A stretch of 64,000 nt of DNA, from positions 1-64,000 of the forward strand of contig JAQGDQ010000865.1 of the NCBI GenBank assembly GCA_030141605.1. Direction: 5' to 3'. Made by a program: the position numbers and the translations under genes. Source of the stretch: Tubiluchus corallicola. Its lineage: Eukaryota > Animalia > Priapulida. Under the pieces are notes generated by a model. It worked only from the letters and a program-made list of their open reading frames with translations, was not told the DNA's origin and ran no database searches. Positions 25,818-39,200 of the stretch are shown piece after piece; the first letter of the stretch is position 1, and every line of letters begins with the position of its first letter.

Positions 25818-26756
25818 TTACGACTCTTGTACGCTCGTTTCCGTGACGATCGATTGCTCCACGTCGCTGCAGATGTCCTTCGCCACCAACCTGGATTGGG
25901 TGTCCGCAATCCACGACTCGATCCGGCGCTTGTCCATGATCGTCGGACGCTTGTTCGGCAACGCTTGACCGTCGAGTAGCAATTCCGCCGCGGCCGGCGG
26001 GACCGAATCCGCCGCGGGAGGTAGTAACTTGTCCTGTGCTTCGCGGTTCGTGTCTTTGTCTTCGGCGGCGGCGGGATGATTTGAACCGGATTCGAGCTGC
26101 ACGGCGCTTAACTTTAGAGAAAGCAAGTCTTCCGCACTTTCCTCGTGTATGGAATCGATGTGCATGCCTTGTAACGAGTCCTCCAGTTTACTTTGAGCAC
26201 CTCTGATTAAATTACCGGATGAATCTTGCAACGTTCCTTGTTTTGCATCAGCTTTATCCGACCGACTCTCTTCCGGCCTCAAGGGGGCACTGCCCTCGAG
26301 TAATCCCGCTTGGTTCTCTTCATTGGCTTCTGATAAGCTTTCGTCTTTCGACGCGCCGGTGGGTGTAGTTGTGCTGGTGGGAGTGGCAGAGCTGGCGGGC
26401 GTCCTGTACGTCACGCTAGTGTTATTCAAAGCCGACAGCAAGTCCTTCTGCTGCAGAAAACTGGGAATGATCGACGCGGAACCCACGAACGGCACCCGGG
26501 TTTCGTGACCGAGAGGAAGACGAGGAGGGGCGTCCGCCTCGGCCTCCGAGAGCGGGTAGTTCTCCGATATCGGTTCGGAGAGGATGCTGCTGGTGAAGGA
26601 GATGGCGCTGCAGGCGGAGGGGGTGCGGGAGTGACCCATGTGCATGAAGAGCTGCTTCTTTGCGATCTCGTTGGCTTCCCGTTCCACCTGAGCCACCATC
26701 TCTTGGTACGCTTTACGGGCACTCAGGGAAAGATCCATCAAATTCTTATAATGCTC
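25818..26756 (-). CDS. SECISBP2L: SECISBP2L last coding exon
   Basis: ttcag|GAG CAT; encodes ARKAYQEMV...HMGHSRTPSACSAISFTSSILSEPISE; open to TAA. Confidence 0.92.
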   Translation of the reverse strand, partial: EHYKNLMDLSLSARKAYQEMVAQVEREANEIAKKQLFMHMGHSRTPSACSAISFTSSILSEPISENYPLSEAEADAPPRLPLGHETRVPFVGSASIIPSFLQQKDLLSALNNTSVTYRTPASSATPTSTTTPTGASKDESLSEANEENQAGLLEGSAPLRPEESRSDKADAKQGTLQDSSGNLIRGAQSKLEDSLQGMHIDSIHEESAEDLLSLKLSAVQLESGSNHPAAAEDKDTNREAQDKLLPPAADSVPPAAAELLLDGQALPNKRPTIMDKRRIESWIADTQSRLVAKDICSDVEQSIVTETSVQES

Positions 26757-27199
26757 CTGAATTTAGAAAATAAACGGGAGGTTATTAATTCTGCAAAGGT
26801 AAAACACTTAAGTGAGTCTTTTAAGAGGCGACTACTGTATTTGTAAAAAAAACAATGGCTTCTTTAAGTCATACAGGAAAGGAAGAATTGGCAGTATATT
26901 CATTGGAACATCAAGTACTAATTTTACCAGACGGTTTAGTCTAGTGGTAATGCGTCTGCTTTCCGTCTGGGAGGTCGTGAGTTCAAACCAGCGGCCGGGT
27001 CATACCAAAGACTTTAAAAATGGTGCCTGCTTTGCCCTGCCTGGCGCGTGGTATTTAGGGTAAAAGTGGAGTAATAATAGTCTCTGTTATGTAGTTGTAG
27101 GTTGTTATTTACAGTCGGTGATAATAGCTCTTTGAGCTAATCTTAATTGTTGACCCAAAAGCCAACTTTAAATAAAGATTATTATTATTATTGTTATTC

Positions 27200-27230
<31 letters not shown>

Positions 27231-30200
27231 TAGAAGAAGCCATTCTGTGAGTCGTCGCTTATCAAACAAAAAACCCGACTCTGAACACTGCCAGTGTCAC
27301 GTGCAAAAATTTTCCAATAAACACTCATTGTGCTTAGATTGTAAATAAACTTTACTGAAAAGAATGATTTTCCACATCATTCAAATTCAAACTTTTTGCT
27401 GTGAACTGTTTATTGAATACGTTTTCCTGTTCACTGAATAAAACGATGATTTCAATACTTTTATTTCTGCTGTTATTACATACATAAGTGAGGGTTTTCT
27501 AAACATATCCCTAACAACTTTTGTTTTCCACCAAGACTTACTTCGCTCCCTTCATAATTGAAAATACCAACGACGCTGACGGGCACGAGTTTCGAGCAAG
27601 CACGACCCAACGCCCGGCGACCAAGTGCGAATACGAACGGTACGTTCTGTTCTTGCGCAAGCCTGATTATATTGTGCAATGCGTCGTCCAAACCACCTGC
27701 GAAGTAATGTAGACACATTAGACGCATCGTAAAACGTGTAATTAATGTTATTAGTTCTTTAGAGAAACTTTAATTGGTGAATAATTTACAGTTATGTACA
27801 GCAGTGACTAAAAAGATGAAAACTGTTTAAAACTCGTCTGTCTGACTTGCCTTTTGACTGAATTCTTTCTAGATTTGGTGAAATGATCAGCAGCTTCAAT
27901 TTTCGTAACTTAAGATGTTTTGTAACTTCCCGGAGACCCAGTACTATCCTACGCTTTGATCTTGCCTGCAAAGAAAAACTCATTAAGTTGTGGTGATTAA
28001 AAGTGTTTTATATATTGAGATGTTTACCATTTTGCTACAGCAGAAAATCCCCATGCTTGTCATCACCACCATCATCATCATCATCATCATTGTTGTTGCT
28101 ATCATCATCATCATTGTCGTTGCTATCATTATCATCCTCATCATTGTCATTGCTATCATCCTAGTCATTGTCGTTGCTATCATCATCATCACTGTCATTG
28201 CTATCATCATCAACATCATCATCACAGTCGTTGCTATCATCATTGTCATTGCTATCATCATCATCATCAATATCATCATTGCCAGGGTAATCATCACCAT
28301 CAGCATCACTATCATCACCGCCGCCACCACCACCATCATCATCATTATCACTATCATCATCACCTTCATCATCACTATTATCATCATCACCATCATCATC
28401 ACTATCATCATCACCATCATGATCACCTTCATCATCATCATCATCATCATCACCACCATCATCGTCATCATCATCATCATCATCACCACCACCATCACCA
28501 CAATACCACTTCTGCTATAATTCTGCCAATATTCCATGAATCACTCTGCGCTTGTGCATCTGTAACCCATCGGTATGAAGCACCTAATTTTAATCTTTGC
28601 AGAGTCCATGTGAGAAGTAAATAAACCAGTCCCACTTAATCGATACCTTTATTTTATCTTTATGGTACAACTTGTCTTGGAATCGAACCAGGTCCTGTAG
28701 CAACAATGTGCAGCAATTGTCTATGTTCTTATCCAACATTTGGGTGCAATACCTGCAACAAAGAAAGTTACGCGAACTGCTACAATTCTGTTCAATAGCG
28801 AGGAGCATGGAATTAGTATGATAAGACAGCTTAAAGCTGTTCCACAGTGGAAAACGTGTCAACAGAAAAATCTTAAAATCAATAATTCTGAAAGAAAACA
28901 AGCTTGGAATCGGAGAAACGTCGTCAGCATTCTTAAAACCTTTTGAGTTTTGTGCGCATTTTTAAATAACCATTTTCACCTTTTTTACCTGAATATATTT
29001 TACACAATCAAATATTTTAGGCTTGCGAATTTCTCTAATAAATAAAACCGTGGAGCTTTTGAAACACAGACAATATACCATAGCATTGTGCCAAATAAAA
29101 TTACACATAAACTTACGCATTGAATGTCACACAATTGTGTTAAATGGTGATAGCAACAATTAATTCAGGTGATGTCACTTTTTACATCATTTGTTTAGAC
29201 GGGTACCAAGCTCTAAGTTGCATTCAGCATTGGAAACTTGTGCAAGTCACTTGACCAACTACCAGAGGGTGTAAAGACGGCACAGATTTCAAACAGTAAT
29301 CACGAAATCATCTAACATTGTTAAAGCACAAGAATACAACACTTTTCATAGATAAAGTTTCATATAATTCATCTTGAAATTTTGTTATCAGTTACATGGT
29401 CTTACTGTAGTCACTGGACCATACAATTACACTGAAGGTAAGTCTGCTAGTATAATGTAACAAGATTAGCACACACATGGCAGCACCTAACTACAATATA
29501 CAAGTACCAACTTCCACACTTTATATCGTCAATAAGATCAATAATATGTTTTTGGTGAATCAGTGATGCACTCTGGGATGGTGGTGCTGTGCCATTTTAC
29601 CAGGTGGCGCGAATGTTTTAAATTAGTAAAAAATTTTCTTTTCCAATTACATAAGTTTTTGAAACTGGTAAGCGGTATGCTAAGAAATATATTTTTTTAC
29701 GGAAAGTTCGTTGCGATGTTAATTGCACACTTAAGTAGCAGCAGCAGCAGCAGTAGCAGCAGTAGTAGCAGTAGCAGCAGCAGCAGTAGTAGCAGTAGCA
29801 GTAGCAGCAGCAGTAGTAGTAGTAGCAGCAGCAGCAGCAGTAGCAGCAGTAGCAGTAGCAGCAGCAGTAGCAGCAGCAGTACCAGTAGTAGCAGCAGCAG
29901 CAGCAGCAGTAGTAGCAGTAGCAGCAGCAGCAGCAGTAGCAGCAGCAGTAGCAGCAGCAGTACCAGTAGTAGCGCCGCTGCTGCTGCTGCTGCTGCTGCT
30001 GCCGCTACAGCAGCAGCAGCTGCTGCTGCTGCTGCTGCTGCTGCGGCGTGCTGCTGCTGCCGCTGCTGCGCGGTTGCGCTGCTGCCGCTGCTGTGCTGGC
30101 AGCAGCAGTACGAGTAGCAGTAGCAGGCAGTAGCAGCAGCAGTAGCAGCAACAGCAGCAGTAGCAGCAGCAGCAGCAACAGCAGCAGTAGCAGCAGTAGT

Positions 30201-33200
30201 AGCAGCAGCAGTAGTAGCAGCAGCAGCAGTAGCAGCAGTAGCACCAGCAGTACGAGTAGGAGTAGCAGTAGCAGTAGCAGCAGCAGTAGCAGTAGTTTTC
30301 ATACAGTGCCCTTTTAACGCTTGTATGCACCCAAGGAATATAATTTACGGAATAAGAATACATAAAATACATTAGCGATAGGCAACCTTTAATACTGTAA
30401 TACTAATCATAATCACAATAACTCAGAACATGGAAAAAACAAAGCATCAACAATTTCTGCATCTTTCCCCCGCCCCCCTCCCCATCTAAATGTCTGCGGT
30501 TTTGATATAGTCAATGCTTGTGTCTTCTGCAACTATTGATGCAACACTTTGTTCAGAGGAGCTGATAAAATTGCTCTTTCTTCCCCTTTCAGCAGCAATC
30601 TCTGCAAGAAACGTGTAGAAATTTTACGAAATGTGTTGAGAATTTTATTCTAACTTACTCTCTGAATCTGCGGCTGTGAATCTGCATGCACACGATGTTC
30701 TTCTCCTGATTGAACCCGGGTATGTTGACGGTTTCATTATGCGACGGTAGCACCGCCTGTGATAGGGGCGTCATGGGCAAGGGCGTGGCTTGAGAGATGG
30801 GCGAGAAGTCTTCGGTGTCCTGAGTTTTTGCTACGCCACCTGAATAAGAAAAATGGATGAGAAGATGTGAAATAAAACAACTCGAAAGGAAGTAAAACTG
30901 CTAAATGAGAATTGAAAACAGGACTTAGGTTTATTCAGTAGAGACAGGTAAAGCGGAAAAATACCAGCAAAATGTTTGTTTGTAAATAATAAACAACAAA
31001 ACAACTAAACAACTATAAACAACTGAAGAACTATAAACAACAAAACAACTATAAACAACTAAACAACTATAAAGAACTATAAACAACTAAACAACTATAA
31101 ACAACTATAAACAACTATAAACAACTAAACAACTATAAACAACTAAACAACTATAAAGAACTATAAACAACTATAAACAACTAAACAACTATAAACAACT
31201 ATAAACAACTATAAACAACTAAACAACTATAAACAACTATAAACAACTAAACAACTATAAACAACTAAACAACTATAAACAACTAAACAACTATGAACAA
31301 CTAAACAACTAAACAACTATGAACAACTAAACAACTATGAACAACTAAACAACTAAACAACTATAAACAACTAAACAACTATAACAACTATAAACAACTA
31401 CACAACTATAAACAGCTATAAACAACAAAACAACCATAAACAACTAAACAAAAATACAAACCCCACACTGCTCATGGTAATTTTTCAGGAAGACCAAACC
31501 AAAACATTTCATTCCACAGCTGATACTTAATTTTAGTACAAAGACAACAACAATCAGAGGAACATGCACTTTACACAACAAAAAGTTTAATAAAAGCATT
31601 TAAAAATAATTTCAATTCATCACATGAACACAGATAACACGTTTGCAGATGAGAAACTGAAACCAACTAAACTAGAAAAAAACTCACCTTCAGAAGTCAA
31701 TTCATTCTGCGCTGTCGCCTCTGAATCCCCGGCAACCCCGTCAGCAGAGTCGACAGACCTAGAAAATGGTTAAAAGAAAACCGGATGATTGTGTAAACAT
31801 TAGTTTAGAATAAAGAATGTTCTAAAGTAGTGAAAATACAATAGCTTATTTTAAATCAAAGCTTGGATTAAATAATAATGACCTCGGATATTCAAATTTC
31901 ATTAAACTTTCAAAGCTACGCGTGGCTCAGTGAATCTACCCTTGATTGGCAACGGCGCCTTTATTTGCGTGGCCGACAAATAGAAGGTGGTACCGTGATA
32001 AGCATGATCATGAACTGTAGTGTTAGTTTCTGACATCATATGATGTAAAGCCCATCTTTGTGACATCATGCATTTAAACAGTACTGTAACACTTATGCAA
32101 ATGTGCTTGATGCACAAGGTAAGACACCTGCCATTGCACAAATTATGGTTAGTTTGTGACGTAAGCAATAGCTGTGTTCGGTTGCCGTTAATAAAATTTC
32201 TAAGCTAATTATTCAAATATATGAAACAACTGCTGACATTTATACGCAAGAAAATGTATATTTTGGACGGTAAATTAAAATGAGATTGAGTCTAAACAAT
32301 CATCTGGTTTTCCTTTAATATGTTAATGCAGAAGCCGTTTTCTTGCAACATAAAAACCCAGAAAACCAGACAAAATTACTCAATAATAAAATTACGTCAA
32401 AAATTAACCAAAGGAACTATGGCCAGGGTGGTTATGCACATCTTGGTAACTGGAACAGGACTGGGTTTAAGTACAGTACTGTTTTGGCACTTACCGGAAC
32501 CGGACCGGTATTAGTATGGGTTTAAGAACAGTACTGTTCGGCACTTACCGGAACTGGACCGAAACCGAAAGCACTAGTTCCAGTACCGTAACCCTAGAAC
32601 TACCAAAACGATATGTTGACCAAAATGCTGGACTTACTTCTCAGTAGACAAAGTGCTGGTCATTTGTCCTGTAAGGGATTCCTTGAGCAAACGGGCTTTC
32701 TTCTTCTCTTCCCGCTCCTTTAAGATGATTTTCTTCAGCGGACTCGGCCGTTTCTTTGCCGGAGTTTCTCTCTCCTTGCCTCTCTTTGCCGGCGCCGTGC
32801 TGTCCAACGGATTAGCCGTGACCTGTACGAAAATGACCAGGTGAAAACAGTGTACGAAAACAAACAGCAACATAAAGTTGGCCATAGAAGATTTCCCACA
32901 TTGTTTGATTGTACAGGGTGTTTCAAAAGCTTCCTTATATTTTAAAAATTAAAACAGCAATTATAAGAACCAAATAACAAATTGGTTGCTGCGTCTACAA
33001 CTTATAAGAATTTTTTGGCTTCAAATTTGTGGCAATTTTTGCACCTCTGGCATGAAAACAGAAGAAAACAGCAAAATTCAAACGTAGATTCATCAACTAA
33101 AGTTCTCAGTAAAATGATCCAGACATACTACATGTACTGGAAATCTTGCATTGGCGTGCTTGGCGGCCTTTGCTTCTTGTTGGCTTTGGCCACCTTGTGG

Positions 33201-36200
33201 TGATTTTTGGCCTAATCACGTGATCAATTTGATCTGGGTCAGAGGCCTACTGTGAAGTGAAGACGCGTCATAAGTTGATAAGACATTGTCGTTATCTGTT
33301 TACAATTGCTTATGATTTGGGGCTAATAACGTATGTATAACCTCTAATTACTTTAATAAACTTAAATTTACTTTAAAATAACAGCTAGGTGTTAATAATA
33401 TAACAGTGCAATAACTCTTAATTATGTAAAATTGACTTTTGGCTATTATTATTTTTTGTTATTTTTGGCAATTATTGCATTTTAAATTACAATTAAAAAT
33501 ATTAAAATCACAACACAAAATATGCGCATAGAATGATTTGCTTAAAAATGTAAAAGAATTTTAATATTTTTTATCTCCCGCCAAACGAACGTCACTGCCG
33601 GCATATTTGAAAAAATGACGTAAGCTGGTGTCTGCTGGGCAGCGTGAATGCTGTGAAGGCAAGCTGTGTGAAGATACGCGTTGAGAAATTTCTACAGTTT
33701 GCTTAGAAGTTCCGTTATTCTAGCATTGTATTTAACTGATTCAACTGTGTTTATGTAAAATTAGTCATTTGATCAATTATGACCAAGATTAAAGTGGTTA
33801 CGTAGCTTTAACCTAAAGGATTATACCGTAAAATGTGTAAGTAGTATACATTAATTGCGTAAATGTAATTAATTTACAGACTTTTGTTGACTTTCAGATA
33901 CACATGTAAACTTGCGAGCATACAGTAGGTACCGGGTGGGTTACTTAGTTCATACAGATCGCTCTATAAGTCAAAAAAAGATTGCTGAAGCACTTGGCAG
34001 AATAAGTGTTCATGTTGCACGGTAACCAGATGAAGCCATTTTTCGTCTAAAATGGGCGCACCCGAGCGTGAAGTGATCGCGATTTTAAATTGACTTTACT
34101 AATTACACGAGATGCTTATCACAGTTTTATTTCCGAAACTTTCTAACATTTTTCTCAAGTATTAAAATCCCGAGTTCAACTTCCCGAGAGACTTGGCTTC
34201 TGCTTTAAGACATAATGCTTCATGCTACTATGAAGCCACACAAGATTGTTTAACCAAACGCAGGTAAATTATAGCAAATCATCCTCACCCTTCTGTCCTG
34301 CTTAGCCGCCGGCACTTGTGATTTCACTTCGGATTCTGCTTTTTCTTTCTCATGCTCTGCTTCTTCGAATTTCTTCTTCTGCGAAAAACAACACACATAT
34401 ACTGATTCAACTGATTAATAATTAAAAAGCCGTAGAGAAAACCAGAAAACACGTCGTCAAATTAAACTAGTTTATTAAGCGAGAATTCTACAACACAAAA
34501 GTATGAAGGAACGCAAAATGTTTACAGTAAACGTGAAAATCTGGAAAACGTTTGAGTGTATCTGAAAATACAAATATACAAGAGAATGTGTAAGTGGCGT
34601 CCGTGTGAATCTGCGTGTCTGTCTCAGCGGCCTGCTTTGCCTTATATAGGGAGCCTGGGAACATTCTAGACGAGTCCTTCTAGAGCATTCTACATGGTAA
34701 GACGATCATTCTAATGGAACATTCTACAATGTTCTATGTAATTCTAATAGATGCCAGCGATCTCCGCAACAGTTTGTTCCTGCACGGGAACCATATCCTA
34801 GATAATTATGTGAACACAAATTTTTGTTTTAGTGCAATCTTTTATCTCAAACACCAAGTGCTTTAGACAGTATTAACGTTGTTACTCTTGTTACACAGTA
34901 ATGTTCATATTTATTGCAACATTGTTGTCAACATTGTTCAGCATCTGTCTCTAGCATTTTGCTCCCACTAGGGGAGAACATATATCAGTTGTAAAACTGT
35001 GTATTTCAAACCCACATTCAATAAACTATGTTTGAACCAAATGCGACATTTGCACTAGGTTAGGGTTAGTTATAGGGTGGGTTAGGGTCAAGATTAGTGT
35101 TGGTTTGGGTTACAGTTGGAGTTAGGGTTAGTGTTGGTTTTGGGTTATGGTTAGGTTAGAACTTCGTGTTGGTTTTGGGTTATGGTTAGGTTAGAACTTC
35201 GTGTTGGATCAGGGTTAGGGTTAGGTTAGAACTTTGTGTTGGATCAGGGTTAGGGTTAGGTTAGAACTTTGTGTTGGATTAGGGTTAGGGTTAGATTAGA
35301 ACTTTGTGTTGGATCAGGGTTAGGGTTAGGTTAGAACTTTGTGTTGGATCAGGGTTAGGGTTAGGTTAGAACTTAGTGTTGGTTTTGGGTTAGGGTTAGG
35401 TTAGAACTTCGTGTTGGATCAGGGTTAGGGTTAGGTTAGAACTTTGTGTTGGATCAGGGTTAGGGTTAGGTTAGAACTTTGTGTTGGATTAGGGTTAGGG
35501 TTAGGTTAGAACTTTGTGTTGGATCAGGGTTAGGGTTAGGTTAGAACTTTGTGTTGGATCAGGGTTAGGGTTAGATTAGAACTTAGTGTTGGTTTTGGGT
35601 TAGGGTTAGGTTAGAACTTCGTGTTGGATCAGGGTTAGGGTTAGGTTAGAACTTTGTGTTGGATCAGGGTTAGGGTTAGGTTAGAACTTTGTGTTGGATC
35701 AGGGTTAGGGTTAGGTTAGAACTTTGTGTTGGATCAGGGTTAGGGTTAGATTAGAACTTAGTGTTGGATCAGGGTTAGGGTTAGGTTAGAACTTCGTGTT
35801 GGATCAGGGTTAGGGTTAGGTTAGAACTTTGTGTTGGATCAGGGTTAGGGTTAGATTAGAACTTAGTGTTGGATCAGGGTTAGGGTTAGATTAGAACTTA
35901 GTGTTGGATCAGGGTTAGGGTTAGGTTAGAACTTTGTGTTGGATCAGGGTTAGGGTTAGGTTAGAACTTTGTGTTGGATTAGGGTTAGGGTTAGATTAGA
36001 ACTTAGTGTTGGATCAGGGTTAGGGTTAGGTTAGAACTTAGTGTTGGTTGGGTTAGGTTAGGTTAGGGTTGGATCAGGGTTAGGGTTAGGTTAGAACTTA
36101 GTGTTGGTTTTGGGTTAGGGTTAGGTTAGAACTTAGTGTTGGATCAGGGTTAGGGTTAGGTTAGAACTTAGTGTTGGATCAGGGTTAGGGTTAGGTTAGA

Positions 36201-39200
36201 ACTTAGTGTTGAATCAGGGTTAGGGTTAGATTAGAACTTAGTGTTGGATCAGGGTTAGGGTTAGGTTAGAACTTAGTGTTGGATCAGGGTTAGGGTTAGA
36301 TTAGAACTTAGTGTTGGATCAGGGTTAGGGTTAGGTTAGAACTTAGTGTTGGATCAGGGTTAGGGTTAGGTTAGAACTTAGTGTTGGATCAGGGTTAGGG
36401 TTAGGTTAGAACTTAGCGTTGGATCAGGGTTAGACATAGGGTGGGTTAGGGTTAGTGCATTGTAATTGTAAACATTGCAAAGCAAGTTAAAAGTTTAGCT
36501 TATAAACAGCTACAGTGCATATACAATACCTCTAGCGCTGCTATTATATTTCCAATGTCAAACTGAATCGGTTCCCGAGACAATTTAGCTTTCCTCTTCT
36601 TCTGAGTGCTCGACTGCACGGTATCAGCTCTCTTCTCTTTCTTCTTCTTCTTTTTCTGCTTGCTTTTCTTTGCAAAGCCTTCAAGTGGTTCTACAGATCA
36701 AACGGCACATCTCGTACAGCATGTGTTTAAGATTTAAACACAAAAAAAGTGAAAACTATTTTCGTAAATGTTTTTGTGTTGTAAACTCAATAACATTTAG
36801 GCTTTGTTAATTTGACATGATTTTTAACTATGTAAATTAAAACTTTTAATAAAGTTGTCAAGTTTTAACTATAAAAAAAGTTATTTTTAACTAATTACAA
36901 AATAAACACGATGATTAGTGTCTTCCACAATTCTGTATTTAAACTGTCAGTCACATCAGGTCACCATGGTAACAATGAACTTACGAAACTCACCTGTATC
37001 TGTTTGGCTGACGGATGCTGACACGTTCGTTGATGATGCTGCCGCTTCCTCAGACTTCTCTAATGAATTCCTTGCGGGCTGCAATAGTCCGGCCGCTGCA
37101 CTAGCAGGTTTCTGGTAGGAGGAAAGAAAGCTTGTTTGAAATGAACAGAAACAGGCGCCACGGTGAGGATCATGTACAGAACCGTTTGAAATCGCAGAGA
37201 TGTAAAATTCGCTGGTATTTGCATTACATAATTAAACCACATTGTCAGCAACAAATCTGTTGCTTCAGAGTTTATACAATAATTATTGGAAAATATGAAA
37301 ATTTGAGGCGTCATCCTATACAAGGAAGACAACATGCGATAATTGATTACACCATAATTTCAATACGAAACATTTTTTGTACATTGTATAGTATAACTTG
37401 TTCTGCATCTGTCTAACATTTCGCTCCCACTAGGGGAGAACGTACATCAGTTGTAAAACTGTCTGTTTCAAACCTAGTCTGATGTTACATCTTCAACAAA
37501 TTATGTTTAAACCGAACTCAAATTTAGTATGGATCCACTATTACTCCCAAATCACGCATCTTTTGAAGGGTGACGTTACTCTAGAGTATAACTGCAAGTG
37601 CATTCAGATCCCACGTTTGGCAAAACACATTTCTCAGATGCTATGGCCAGTTGTCATGCATTGGAGAAACCAGCAAGGATAAATAAAGCATTTTATTCAG
37701 ATTCATCAGTAGCAATGAAAATGACACGATGAGGCAAACTTGTTTAACCCTTTCATACCCGTTGTATATGGGATACGAGAATATTTTCTGCCTTTAAAAT
37801 TGATAAAATTTTAAAACTGACAGTTATTTGATCTGTTAATAGTTATTTTGATTTAAGCCAATAACAATAGACTAAAAATGGTGATAAAATGGCAAACTAG
37901 AAAATCTACATAGTATAAAAAACTGCGCAAGGTACAGTACTTTAGAGACGACTTTGTACAGATCAGCATAGCATGCATACTAAATGTCTTAAATACTTTA
38001 AAAAATTATCAGCAGTTGCAAAATGAAGCACATTTTATGCTTCCATTGAATCCCAATGTATCCCGTGGGATACAGGCTATATTTAGCACGCGGGCACAGG
38101 TAGAAAAAAACAATTATTATGTGTAAACAAGATGGACATACTGAACAAAAATACCAAGCCAAAAACTTTTTTCTTATTAAAAAATAATTTGGGACTGAAA
38201 GCGTTAAGAAAGACGAGTCACTAACTTGTTTTCCACGGACGGCGCTACTGTACGATATCCACGGTGCGGAGTTTTGTACAACCGGAGCTCCCGTACTCAG
38301 CGGAGTCGATCCTACTAAACTCGGATACGAATCCTGATCGCTAATCGCAGGAACTTTATCTGCATCTTAAACAAACATTAAGATTCTGATGATGCACGCA
38401 ACAAGTGGAAAAAAAACAGGTTTGTACAGGAAAAAAACATGCTAATATCTACGAGTGTTGCAGTTAAAATAGATTTGCCCAATTTTAGGAAAATTGTATA
38501 AGTAGATAGGCTGAAATATAGAATGACTTTGCAACATCACAGGGTTCAAGATTCACCTATAAAACTATTTTTCATTTGTTCATTGTAAAGCTAAAACAAG
38601 TTCTCATTCGTCTACACTTTTGTGCTCAAGCATGGCGGCTATAATGAATTCCTAATCGTTAAACATGGTCGCAAGGTATAACAGCAATCCAGGCATGCCA
38701 TTGGTCAAAATTTTTGAATATAATATTAGTGCGCTCAGTCTACTAAGCAAATTAGATTGCTGAACAGCTATAGCATTGCAAATATAGTCAAGAGACTCCA
38801 GTAGACATGTAAAGTGGAAGACCTGATTTGTGCTAAAGTTGTTCACTTTGTATCAAAACGGATGTGTTTAAAGGAAGGCAGGATGATTTTTTATATATTA
38901 CCCCATTTTCAAGTATGATAAAAGTATACATTTCAACATAATTAACACTGCAAAAGCGTTTCTGATAATTAAATAAGATTAAAAACTTGATTAACGGCGG
39001 GCAAGCCCAACTATTGATGACATCACAAACTAACATAATTTTCAACAGCAAAAATATTCCACGAGCGTGTTACACGTGTTTGCGAAAGCGAAAATTGAAG
39101 GACAGTGCCACTGTAAGATATTCAGTTTGTTGTACTAAAACTAAGCAAGTTTTAAAATAAAAATTCGTATTTCAAATTTACTGCCGTGCTCACACGTGAG

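Noticed and set aside
27983-30372. Poly-M/I/S/A/L/C ORFs
   Set aside because: Translations of trinucleotide microsatellites in SECISBP2L introns.
34431-34771. Second solo LTR candidate
   Set aside because: Has reverse-strand TATA and AATAAA, but one terminus is degenerate and no TSD was found.
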